Shown: positions 44,045-55,570 of the stretch, piece after piece
How the letters are laid out: every line of letters begins with the position of its first letter
Position numbering within the stretch: position 1 is the first letter of the stretch
NCBI GenBank assembly: GCA_009914755.4
Contig: CP068257.2
Coordinates: 26,048,001-26,112,000 of the forward strand
Origin: the human T2T-CHM13v2.0 reference genome, Homo sapiens
DNA length: 64,000 nucleotides
Reading direction: 5' to 3'
Program-made: the position numbers and the translations under genes
Notes under the pieces: generated by a model
Told to the model about the DNA's origin: nothing
Seen by the model: only the letters and a program-made list of their open reading frames with translations
The model's database searches: none

Positions 44045-44720
44045 ATGCTGGCCCAAAATAAATCTCAAGAAATGTCAAAAATTGAAGTCATATAAGAATA
44101 TTTATTCACAGCCATAAAATTAAATTTGATACTATAACATTAAACTAGACAGAATTGTTCAAATGTTTGGAAAAATAATTAATCAAGAAAGAAATCACAA
44201 GAAAACAATTTAGAATCTCATTATAATGATAACAACACGTATCAACATTTGTGAAATGCAGGTAACATTGTGCTTAAAGGGCAATTCATAGCCGTAAATA
44301 TTTTAAGAAAATAAGAAAGGTTAACATCAGTGATATAATTTTCCATCTTAAGCAACTAGAAAAAGATAAGCAATTTATATACAGAGTAAATAGAAGGAAA
44401 GAAATTATAAAGATATGAGAAATTAAGTAGAGAATAGATAAAAATGTTTAGATTAATAAATTGATAAACCCCTAGCAAGACTGATTAAGAAAAAAAACTT
44501 ATTTATTATCAGAAATAATAAAAGGTATTACAATATGCAAATATTCATGAAAAACTCTATTCCAACAAACTTAAAGATTTTGATATGGACAAATTTTTGG
44601 AAAAATACAACATAGTAAAACTGACATAAAAAATAGAATGTCTGAATAGCTCTATACCTATTAACTAAACTGAAATTGTTATTAAAAAGCCTTTCTCCAA
44701 AGAAAAATACAAGACAATAC
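44045..44720 (+). mobile_element. Old L1 ORF2 fragment (region between the endonuclease and RT domains), sense, multiply disrupted
   Basis: Translation is recognisably L1 ORF2-like: MLAQNKSQEMSKIEV...NLESHYNDNNTYQHL.NAGNIVLKGN...[18 protein letters not shown]...DKFLEKYNIVKLT.KIECLNSSIPINELKLLLKSLSPKKNTRQYIGE (compare L1 LLNDYWV..EIK...[21 protein letters not shown]...[18 protein letters not shown]...[16 protein letters not shown]). Confidence 0.55.
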
Positions 44721-44794
44721 ATTGGTGAAGTATATAAAATATATGAGTATTAAATAATACTAGTACTAAGCAAAATCTAAAACATTATCTGGTT

Positions 44795-44880
44795 GTTCTT
44801 ATCATAAAAAGCAGGAAAAAGAAGAAGAAGAGGTGAAGGAAGAGGAAAAGGAGGTGGAGGAGTAGAAGGAGTTAATGATG
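44795..44880. repeat. Purine-rich (GAA/GGA)n low-complexity tract
   Basis: aagcaggaaaaagaagaagaagaggtgaaggaagaggaaaaggaggtggaggagtagaaggag. Confidence 0.75.
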
Positions 44881-45589
44881 CAGAAAAAGAAAATTCAATT
44901 TTTAAAAACTCAATCCAATTTACATTTTTACTCCCCTAAATTATGATTCTATTTCTATCCTTTCATTCAACATGAAACTCATTTTCTACCGTGGCCCTTG
45001 CAATTTGTGTTAAATCCTGAACAAACTAATGAAACTAATTTCTTGAGAGCACACAGATTTACCTTCTTTCTCTTCTATTTGCACAAGTTCTTTTCTCTTC
45101 CAGGACTTTTATTTCTTATCTGAATGGTTTCTGCTTAGCTACAAATTTCCAAGATTTTAGTGTTTCCATGAAATTTTAAGTGAAGAGGATACTAGGATAA
45201 AGCTCAAAAGAGATGGTAGGCTTAGAAAGGCTTTGCAATTGATATTAAAAGAACAATTGAGTAGTAATTGTCCCCATGCTTGGGTGAAGTTTTTGGCTTT
45301 TTATCTTTACCAAATTATTGCCTCCCTCTGCCACAATAAGTAAGGAACATTTAATTTAAAAAGCAAAATTTAAATAGTAGTACTACAATAAACTCATCAA
45401 TATTAACTAATTGTTTTGAACATTTACTTAACTGAACAAGATCTTTACTATAGATTGTAATAGCTATGTTTAAGAAAAGTATCTCCTAACATTAATCAAA
45501 AGATTAAAATGACTTGTTATATTTGTTACAATATAATTCTCAACTCTGGAATTTTCTATCAATAGAAAGTTCATTCTGCAAAATTATTT

Positions 45590-45912
45590 GTATTTTATTT
45601 ATTATTTATTTATTATTATTATTATTATTTGAGACTGAGTCTCACTCTCTCACCCAGACTGGAGTGCAGTGGTGCCATCTTGTCTCACTGCAATCTCCGC
45701 CTCCCGAATTCAAGCAATTCTCAAGCCTTAGCTTCCCTGGTAGCTGGGATTACAGGCACCCGCCACCATGCACGGTTAATTTTTGTATTTTTAGTAGAGA
45801 GGGGGTTTCACCAATGTGGCCAGGCTGGTCTCGAACTCCTGACCTCAAGTGATCCACCAGTCTCGGCCTCCCAAAGTGCTGGGATTACAGGTATGAGCCA
45901 CTGTGCCCGGCC
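45590..45912 (-). mobile_element. Full-length Alu (AluS-like), antisense, with an (ATT)n/(TTTA)n tail at the left
   Basis: ttatttatttattattattattatttgagactgagtctcactctctcacccagactggagtgcagtggtgccatcttgtctcactgcaatctccgcctcccgaattcaagc...ctgggattacaggtatgagccactgtgcccggcc. Confidence 0.9.
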
Positions 45913-46304
45913 TGCAAAACTATTTTTAATGTCATTGTAGAAGTAGCACCTTATTCATGCTAAGGAATATAGCTATACAGACATGACATGTAACTTCCAA
46001 GCTTGATTCGTGAGATTTCAAAGAAATTTAGAAAAAGTCTTCTATCTACCATATGTGCATATTCTGAGCTTCAGTGTTTTTTTTCAGTAGTATGTTTGCC
46101 AAAGGGGTCCATTATTTTCTCCCTCAGACAATGAAATATTTAGACTTATGGCTCAGTTTTGCAAGTGAAATGCTCAAGGGAACATGGACTGGGAGAGAAC
46201 AAATGAAATAATTTAATATTTACAGCACATTATTTTTGCAATAATTATTTTGGAGTCACCGATTCAATATTATCCTTTTTTATCTTGTTATTTATGCATG
46301 TAAT

Positions 46305-46385
46305 TTTATTTTATTTATTTTTTTTTTTGAGACAGAGTCTGGTTCTGTCACCCAGGCAGAAGTGCAGTGGCACAATCTCAGCTCT
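46305..46385 (-). mobile_element. Short 3'-terminal Alu fragment (~65 bp plus tail), antisense
   Basis: tttatttatttttttttttgagacagagtctggttctgtcacccaggcagaagtgcagtggcacaatctcagct. Confidence 0.6.
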
Positions 46386-47518
46386 ATGTATGTGATTTAT
46401 AATAATATATCATGATTAAAAACATGTTTCAAACGTTTATTTTACAAAAGCTAGTTTTATATGCTTCCTTTGAAGTTAACATAATTGCCTTATCGCCAGT
46501 TAAGTCAATATCCTCAGATTTAATAAAAAGTTGTCAGAACATGTCCTTAAGATTTTAGTAGTTACAAAAAGTGGTATGCATGTAATAATATTATAAATTT
46601 TCCTTTGGCACAATTTCTATTTTTTAATATGCTGTAATAAATAACATATTTGTGTTATTTTCCATAAAACCAGGATAAAACACAATCAAATTATGAGTAT
46701 GAACTGAGAATCAATGAACTTCAGGAGATATTAATAGCCACATGTGCTGATTTTAGCTAATTCTATGGACTGTTACTATATACAATAAGATGTACTACAT
46801 TTCTGAAAGACTATGCTATAGCTACAACTTGAATTCTCCCAGTGAAAGATATTTCATGAAATCATGAAGAATTCTTTACACTGTTACTTTGTAAGCTCTA
46901 ATTTTAGAAGGATCCTCTTATAAAGAACCAATTTCTACCTTCCTTTTCATTTTAACTGATGGCTGGCAGTGCTATTGTCAGCAATTATGCAGCCCTTTAG
47001 TATTAGCTTCTTCATTCTAAGTGACAGCTCAAACAACATTAAAAACCATCATCTCTTTCCATAACTGCCTTGAGCTCACCAACACTTTCACACATTTATC
47101 ACAGCCACCTGTTCATGAAACACAACATTTAGTTTTTTTCCTTCAGTGTATAGTGTGTTTGTAGTTCTTTTAGCTAATCTGAATATGCTATTTCCCTTGC
47201 CCTGATTTTATGCCATCATGATTATCTCATAAAAGACTTTTTCTGTGCCAGTTGTATCATGGTCCTACAATCAATTAACAGAATGTCAAAAAAGTAACTT
47301 CATTTCTTTGTATTCCTAAATAGTCTCCTGATATAAAACAGGAAATTAAATGACCAAGTTATATTTCTTTTTCTGCTAAAATATATAAAGCAAAGCAGGG
47401 AGACAATGACTTGACTGAACTGTCTCAAACTTTGTGCTCTTTTTATGTACACAAATACAAAAAATAAATAAATACATTGTACATTTAGGAAATTTTAGAA
47501 ACTATACACTAGAAAAGA

Positions 47519-47900
47519 AAACATGGCACATATACACCATGGAATACTATGCAGCCATAAAAAAGGATGAGTTCATGTCCTTTGCAGGGACATGGATGAA
47601 GTTGGAAACCATCATTCTCAGCAAACTAACACAAGAACAGAAAACCAAACACCGCATGTTCTCACTCATAAGTGAGAGTTGAACAATGAGAACACATGGA
47701 CACAGGGAGGGAAACATCACACACCGGGGCCTGTTGGGGGATGGGGGCTAGGGGAGGGATAGCATTAGGAAAAATACCTAATGTAGATGATGGGTTGATG
47801 GGTGCAGGAAACCACCATGGCACGTGTATACCTATGTAAAAAACCTGCATGTTCTGCACGTGTATTCTAGAACTTAAAGTATAATAAATAAATTTAAAAA
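47519..47900 (+). mobile_element. L1PA (intermediate-age) 3'-terminal fragment, sense, 5'-truncated near the ORF2 end, with an A-rich tail
   Basis: Track ORF 47434-47682: [55 protein letters not shown]. It is followed by the 3'UTR ...ggagggatagcattaggaaaaatacctaatgtagatgatgggttgatgggtgcaggaaaccaccatggcacgtgtatacctatgtaaaaaacctgcatgttctgcacgtgtattctagaacttaaagtataataaataaatttaaaaat. Confidence 0.85.
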
Positions 47901-50734
47901 TAGAATTTTAAATGTTCACTATAGAACTTGTTCTAAACATTCAATGATGTGCTTTACTGGACGATAAAATATCGGTAACTCAAATAGGCAAATTTTCATT
48001 ACCAAACTGGTAGTGTGGACAAGCCACCATAATCCATTTTAAGTTGATCTTTATAGTAAATTTGCTCAGAAAAATTAGATATACACAAATATGTCAACAG
48101 AAAAATTGATAAAAGGTTTAAAGAGATAAAAATAAATAAATGCAATAAATTATTTGGTCAACTTGAAGTCAGTTTGAATGACAATAAGCACTAAATTTGC
48201 ATATCATTATGAAAAATATTAGACAATTCGTTTTCTGTTACTGATGATTTACTGTAGTGTGATCTGTAATGAATAACTTCCTTCTGAATAGTAATTTGGC
48301 AGGCTTAAATACCTTTGAAATATTCATAGACTTAGAAACAGTAATTTGCCTCACCATGAATTTATTCTATGGGCTAATGAAATGTACCCACAAATATTTC
48401 TTTCTAGGTGTCTTCATTACGTTATTATTTGTAAAAATACTGTGTATCTCCTGAATGGTCAAAATAAGGGATAATTAAAATGTTCAATGTGTTTATTTCA
48501 TGCAGTGGATTGTACATATTCATTATACTCTACTTTCCTGAGCAATATTTCATACATTAAATAATCTCATAATTCATTTTTGATGGGAAAATTATGGGAC
48601 AGAGTAGGGCTTATATAATATTATAAAGAGTTTTAATTTTTTGTATTGCCAAAACCAGGGGAAGATACACCAAAATACTAATTTCAATGTAAGTATTATT
48701 TTTAATTTCAATATATTTGCCCCAAGAGAGGGTGAAAATTCCCAGGGACATTACAAAGATAAAGGTAAGGCTAGAATAAGTAATATGTTAGGGATTTTAT
48801 TGTATTTCCCCAAATGTATGTGTTGTAGTCCTAACCCTCACTACTTCAGAAAGTGACTGTCTTTGGAGATAGGGTCTTCAAAGAGGTAAAGTTATATTAA
48901 CAATGAGGTCATTAAGGTGGGCCCTACTCCTTATGACTGATGTTTTTATGAGGGGAGAAAATTAGGACAGAGACACATATTAGAGAGGAAAGACTGTGAA
49001 AACACAGAGAGAAGGCCATTTACAAGCCAAGGGGAGAGACTCCAGGAGGGAATAACCCTGCTAACACCTTGAGTTCAGACTTCAAGCCACAAGAACTTGA
49101 GAAAATAAACTTCTGTTGTTTATGTCCCTCAGTCTTTGGTACTTTGCTATGGCAACCTTGGCAGAGTCATATAGAACATAGTCACTAAGTAAGAAGATAA
49201 GAATGACTGGAATTTGCTAATAATGCAAACTATAAGGTCTATATGAAAGCAGAACTATCATTCACAAAACTGGGAGGACTTCACCATTACCCATTTTTCA
49301 AGACTTAATCTTTTTTCTTTCTCAGTCTTGTGACTGCTTCTCTTCCATTTGGCCTGATTGTTCTTTTGCAATGTCTCTCCTTCTTCAAAAGTTTGAGGTT
49401 TGAATATGCAACAGCTGATTCTGGACACCAAAGGTTTTTAAAATCTTGATGATGAAAAAACCAGAAAGCCTTACCACTCTGAGCTTATAAACTGCGTTTG
49501 AGATTTTTGAGGTTGACGCTTGAATTTACCTTCAGAGAAGGCAAGTTTATAGTGTTCAGATAATCACTTTAATGGGCTTTCAATTATGAAATGTTCAAGC
49601 AAAGTTCCCAATCTGGGATGCTGACTCTCCAGACACCCTGGCTCCAATAAACTAAACTATGCTACCAAATGATATAAGAGACTGACTCTTCATTCATTGT
49701 GTCTGTATATCAAGATCCCACTTAGAAATGTTTCTTTTCTAAATATGGTTTTAGACTGCACTTTTTCTAATTATATTTATTATTTCTTGGCAAATGCATT
49801 TTGTTTGTGGTCTGGTTCAAGCATTTGAACAAAGGATATTAAGAGCAAAGATGCTGTGTTATATGTGGATTCATGCTCTCTGAGAGACCATAAAGAAGAA
49901 CCAACTGGGATTTCTGAATTCTACTCCACAATCTACAATTCAAGATTCATGCCTGCTGTTATTTTTATATGGAATAACTCAGACATGGACAAATGTGGTG
50001 ACATAGAATTCATATGTTCAGATAGATTATGCTCATGAAGCCTAAGGCAGATCCAGCCTCTGTATGCAGAGAACATGGTTTTCTATAAGTGTGCTGGAAT
50101 TCTCAAGTCCAGTCGTCTAGGAAAGCATACTGTCCTGGGGAGGAAATGAACACTAGGGAGGAACTTAGACTTGACAAGGGAGGTGTACAATTTTCTCTTC
50201 CCCCTGGAGAGTTCGGGTACTGAGTTTCAGGTGGGAGAGACTCAAAAATATGCCCTGGGGAACAATAAGATGGCTTTTGTAATAAAGAGAGCCCAAACTG
50301 GGTCATAGAAGGGCTTGTGTAGCACAGGGCGGACATAATTTGCCCTTGTTCCAAGTTGTCTATGTGGTAGTTCTGTTTCCATAGGCTCATATTTACTGAG
50401 TTACACTCCTGATTCTAGAAAGGGGATTGTGCTGTCAAATAGTATTATATGCACCTAATTGCCAAAGTCCATCCATGAACAGATTTTCCTGAATAATTGA
50501 ACAGAGACCACTGACCATAAGAGACAATATGAATTGGAGAACACATGTAATGAAATCAGATTCTAGTTTGGTTTTGAAGTATAAATATATTTTTAACCTT
50601 GAACTAAGAATCTTGTACTATCTATACTTCCATTCCTAAATAAGTGTCTTGAATAAGATGATCTTTACAGTCAACTATCAGCAGCTAAATTTTCTGGTTT
50701 AGTACATCTCACTGAAATATCCGAGTCATCATTT

Positions 50735-50862
50735 TTGAACCTCAGATATTGCAGTGAGTTGTAAATGTTAAGAGAGGATCATATAGTTTTAATTCTGGGT
50801 CTAATTAAAACTATATGATCCTCTCTTAACATTTGCAACTCAGTACAATATCTGAGGTTCAA
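50735..50862. repeat. Near-perfect palindrome: 58-bp arms (3 mismatches) around an 8-bp centre (ctgggtct)
   Basis: gaacctcagatattgcagtgagttgtaaatgttaagagaggatcatatagttttaatt-ctgggtct-aattaaaactatatgatcctctcttaacatttgcaactcagtacaatatctgaggttc. The reverse complement of the right arm equals the left arm except gcagtg/gtactg and gttgTaaa/gttgCaaa. Confidence 0.9.
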
Positions 50863-52127
50863 TGTAAGATTAGGAGTTTTCAGTACTTACGGACCTCAGG
50901 GGGTACACTTCATGCCTAAAATCCACGTACGCAAAGGTCAGGGAGCACAGGCAAAAGGAGAGAGAGTGTGGGGCAACTAGCAGTCTAGATGGGGGAATGG
51001 GGTGTGGGTCACCTTAAGTTTGAATGCAGGATCTGAATGGTCCATTAAAAGGAAGTGGTGGGAAATTGGGAAGCCCAGTCCACCAGGCAGGAGAGATGTC
51101 TCTAAGTTCCTATCTCTGGACACCTGCTCAAGCGATTTGAGTGTAGTATAGAACTGAAAACTTTGTCAAGGGTGACTGAGTCCTGTCTCTGTTACAAGAA
51201 GGCTAAATAAACTTGCATTTAAAACAGATGCTGAGGCAATATAATATTATGAGCTTTCACTACAACTAGGTATAACTTAGGTACTAAAGTGACTGAAAGT
51301 ATTGGTGCAAGTTCTAAAACTGAGCACTACTTCTTTGTGGTCACCATTGAAGTCATGTTGGTCTTAACACCAGGAACCCGAAAAAATGGAATTCCAAACC
51401 TTCATTTTAAAAGTAGGGGAATCAGGTCAATGGCGTGTTTTTCTTGACACCCATGGTTCTAAAGGACCCCGTTACCTCCTGGACCTTCCTAATCAGCAGT
51501 AATGTTAAAAAGTTGCAAAGAGATCGTCTGTGCATCATATCTGCCTTCCAACCTTGAGTGAAATCCCATGATTGATTAGGTAACTAATTCTCTCCTAGTG
51601 CCAAAGCTTCAAAGAAGCCTCAGAAAGAGTTTTACTTTTCTAACTTCTCCAAATGAAAGATGCAGTGCAGGTTGAGGGCCAATCCAAATATCAACAACAA
51701 ACCAAAAAAATCAAAACATTCATAATCAGCATTGTTTTAATCAAAGAAAACACTTCAGAAAAAAAAAGTCACAAAACAACATTCTTCAAATCAAAATATT
51801 TGATTTAATGAAAATATTAGTGACAAGAAACATTCAAAGAATGTGAAGTTCACTCAACTGAAATAGTTTACAATGTCTTTTGGCTTTTTTACTAGCTTTA
51901 GAGAGACTGAATTTTTTATAAAAAATAACTCTAGGAACAAATCTCAATTTCTTATTAAGTTACCTGTCATATTGATCCAAAATCTGTAAAGATATTGAGG
52001 AGTTGGCTTTTTTAAATATTAAAAAAAGAGGATTCCATGGAAATTTTTCCCTTTAAAGTTTATAACAATTGTCTATGTTTTGTCATTAATTTATTTATTA
52101 CTTGAAAATATTAAAACACTTTTATGA

Positions 52128-52486
52128 TGTATTAGTCTGGTCTCATGCTGCTAATAAAAACATACCCAAGACTGGGTAATTTATAAAAGAAAGAGGTTTA
52201 AAAGAATCACAGTTCCATATGGCTGGGGAGGCCTCACAAAAATGGTGGAAAGTGAAGGAAGAGCAAAGGCATGTCTTACATGACAGACAAGAGGGTCATG
52301 TGCAGGGGAACTCCCTTTTATAAAACCATTAAATCTCATGAGACTTATTCACTATCAGGAGAACAGCATGGGGAAAACCTGGCCCCATGATTCAATTACC
52401 CCCTACTGGGTCCCTCCCATGATATGTGGGGATTATTACATTCAAGGTGAGATTTGGGTGGGGTCACAGAGCCAAACCATGTTATA
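52128..52486 (-). mobile_element. Solitary THE1-type MaLR LTR, antisense
   Basis: tgtattagtctggtctcatgctgctaataaaaacatacccaagactgggtaatttataaaagaaagaggtttaa...ggctggggaggcctcacaaaaatggtggaaagtgaaggaagagcaaagg...gcaggggaactcccttttataaaaccattaaatctcatgagacttattcactatcaggagaacagcatggggaaaacctggccccatgattcaattaccccctactgggtccctcccatgatatgtggggattatta...gtgagatttgggtggggtcacagagccaaaccatg matches the reverse complement of THE1 closely. Confidence 0.8.
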
Positions 52487-52499
52487 TGAATTAAAGGAA

Positions 52500-52888
52500 A
52501 TTCTTTCTGGTTTTCCAATGTAGTTAGCCCTCCATATATGTGAGGATTTGTTCTAGGACCACTGAATATTCCCAAATTTGTGGATGCTCAAGTCCCTTAG
52601 TTGGCCCTTCATATCTGCAGTTTCTGCCTCCAAGGATTCAACCAACAGCAGATGAAACATGCAGTAATTCATGACATATTTTCAAACACAGAAGCTCTAG
52701 AAAACTAAATTTTTGTTAATTGAAACTGAGAATGTAGAAGGCCGACTTAATTTATTTGCTTTACGAAACATTAGTATATTGTTAGTGATTTAAATCAGTT
52801 TCCTGCAAATCTTTCAGGTGAGTAACACAGTTTCATTGCTGAATACTCTTACGTGCTACATTTTAAGAGCCTCTTGTGTTATACATTT
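52500..52888. mobile_element. Unclassified interspersed repeat (motif ccctccatatatgtgaggatttgttctaggaccactgaatattcccaaatttgtggatgctcaagtccc), family name not recalled with confidence
   Basis: The motif strongly resembles a common human repeat consensus (ggttccaggacccc..ggataccaaaatccgcggatgctcaagtccc), but I cannot assign the family. Confidence 0.35.
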
Positions 52889-53299
52889 TGTGTTAGTCCA
52901 TTTTGGATTGCTTTAAAGGAATATCTGAGACTGAATACTTTATAAAGAAAAGAGGTTTATTTTGGCTCAGGATTCTGCAGGCTATACATGCATGGTTCCA
53001 GCATCTGTACCTATTCTGGTGAAACCTCAGACAGCTTTTACTCATGGCAGAAGGTAAAGGGGGACCCAATGTGTCACACTGAGAGAGAGCAAGAGAAAAG
53101 GAGGTGCCAGTCTCTTTTTAACAACCAACTCTTTTGTGAGCTAATAGAGTGAGAACTCACTCATTACCACAAGGATGGCACCAAGCCCTTCATGAGGGAT
53201 CTGTCCCAATGACCCAAACACCTCCCACTGGGTCCCACTTTCAACACTCAGGTTCACATTTCAACATATTTGGTGGGGACAAACATCCAAACTACATCA
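52889..53299 (-). mobile_element. Solitary MaLR LTR (MST/MLT1-like), antisense, more diverged
   Basis: tgtgttagtccattttggattgctttaaaggaatatctgagactgaatactttataaagaaaagaggtttattttggctcaggattctgcaggctatacatgcatgg...ctcatggcagaaggtaaagggg...gagaactcactcattaccacaaggatggcaccaagcccttcatgagggatctgtcccaatgacccaaacacctcccactgggtcccactttcaacactcaggttcacatttcaacatatttggtggggacaaacatccaaactacatca. Confidence 0.65.
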
Positions 53300-54721
53300 C
53301 TTTTGATGATCCATCATAAAATCTTATATATACATATTTAAATATAATCATATCTTAAATATCAGTATATGCTCTGAAATTTTGACAGAATGTTATGTAT
53401 TTGTTTCTTTTGAAATTACTATTTGAACTATAAGTGAGTTCCATTTAATTTGTTTGGTATTTACTTCCCCAAGATTATCATATAATCTCGAGAGTTCATG
53501 TAGAATCAAATACAATCTCATTTTTAAATACTATAAATCCATTTTTACTTTTAGCTTCATAATTAACCAATTTCTTATGTTATAAATATAGATATTTAAT
53601 TAAAGTTGTGTTCATTTCAATCTTCTGATGGTGTGTAATCAATTGGGGCTTGTTTTGTTTTGTTTTTGATCATCTCAAGTATTCCTGTAGGCTCCTGAAA
53701 AGCGTTATGGAGCTGTTCACTAAGGTTACGGTGCCAACCAAAACAGCCTGATTTTAAAAGTGGTTTGAAACGCCTAGCCCCTGAGAATGCTTCCCAGCAC
53801 ACATGGCTGCTGGTGTCTTCGTTTTCCTCTTCATTTTGTCTTTTTCCCACCCAGAGAATAAATATATTAGTTATGCCTGTATTATGGTCCATAGTTTGCA
53901 TACATTAATCATCTTGTATAACCATCTCTCCCCAAAAGATAGTGTATTACATATTGTATTCATATTCCAGGGATGCTGTCACAAAGTATCACAAATGATG
54001 TGGCCAAAACAACAGAAATTTATTATCTCACATTTCTGTAGGCTAAAAGTCTGAAATCAAAATATCTGAAGAGCTGGTTCCTTCTGAAGGCTGTGAGAAT
54101 CTTTTCCATGCTTCTCACCAGCTTAGCTTCCAGTGGCTTGCTGGCAATCTTTAGCATCTTGGCTTTTGCTGTATCACCCTGATCTCTGCCTTCACCTTCA
54201 CATGGTGTTCTCCCTGTGTTTATGTGCCTGTGTCCAAGTCTTCCTTTTCCAGGACATCAGTTATGTTGGACTAGAGACCCACCCTACTACAGTATGATTT
54301 CATCTTAACTAATTGCATCTGCAACGACTATTTTCAAATAAGGTCACATTCTGAAGTAATGGGAGTTAGGACTTCAGCATACAAATTTTAAGAGGGATAC
54401 AATTCAACCCCCAGCACATACATTGGATTCTCATTTTTTAAAATTAATGGCCTCTGTACAATGAATGTTTATTTCAATCTAGTAACTCAGGAAAAAGGCC
54501 TCTTTCAATGTCAGTATTAGCAATAGGTAGCATAAAATAACCAGTGTACTCTGTTTGGCATCCTTTGCTAAGATTTTTCTCCTCAAGCCAATATCTTGTG
54601 TCTGGTGGATTTGGGAGGCAGAAGGGATACAATATCTCATCTTCTTTTGTACCAAAGCGTATTCATATTTCTGCTTGTTTTATTCTATATTTTTCATGCT
54701 CTTTGACATTAGAACATTATT

Positions 54722-54756
54722 TCTTCTTCTTCTTCTTTTTTTTTTTTTTTTCTGTG
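54722..54756. repeat. (CTT)n followed by a poly(T) tract
   Basis: cttcttcttcttcttttttttttttttttc. Confidence 0.8.
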
Positions 54757-55570
54757 TCTTGTTCTTTCTCTGAAGCTTTTCCACCACTAGGAATGTTGTA
54801 CATTAACATGGGAAAGCCCAAATTAAAGGAAGCTAGTGGTTTGGCAGTTTAAAATAGTTTAGAAATAGTTTTGCTAAAATTTATTTCCACTGTCATGTTT
54901 TAACTTGTTTTAATAGACTGAATATATCATTTTATTAGTTGTAGAGCAGCCTGTGAATATTTACCTGTCGGTTAGGTGCATCTATTACAGGGAACACAGA
55001 GGAGAGATTCTTTAACTTTAGGGCGCTGTTCATTTGCTGAGAGTGGGTTGGTTAAAACCCAAGTTTGGCTCACGTTAGTGGAAAGTCACTCAGTGGTAAG
55101 AGGGGGAGAAGGGTGTTCCTATTTCCTTATCTGTGTAATGAGTATTTAGTTTCCGTGGTCATTGTAAGCTCACATCGATAACAATTCTGTTGTACCAGAG
55201 TTCTACTTTTTATCCAGCCTTCTGGCAGCTGTCCTTTCATTTTGCTTTCTTAAATGGCACATTGACATGCTGATTTTGGTTTTGGGTGGGCCTAGGTTAA
55301 AATGGGAGCTTGGTAACTCTATCACTTGTGTTGCTTAAAACTTTTGCAGTTTCAATTTCCTCAAGCACCAAGTGGAGATACTAGGATTTATCCTACCATT
55401 TTATAGCAGGGAGGATTAAAACTAAGTAAGATGGCATATGGAAAATATAAAGAGCGGTGCCTAATTTCCACTTATTTGAGAAAAATAATTCATCTTGAGA
55501 TATTTGATAATTTCTTTCTTTCTCATTAAAATTTGGCTATTTTGCCATATTTTATCGTGTATTAGTATTG

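Noticed and set aside
47434-47682. ORF encoding ...[52 protein letters not shown]
   Set aside because: It is the L1 ORF2 C-terminus of the truncated L1PA copy at 47519-47900. It is transposon-derived
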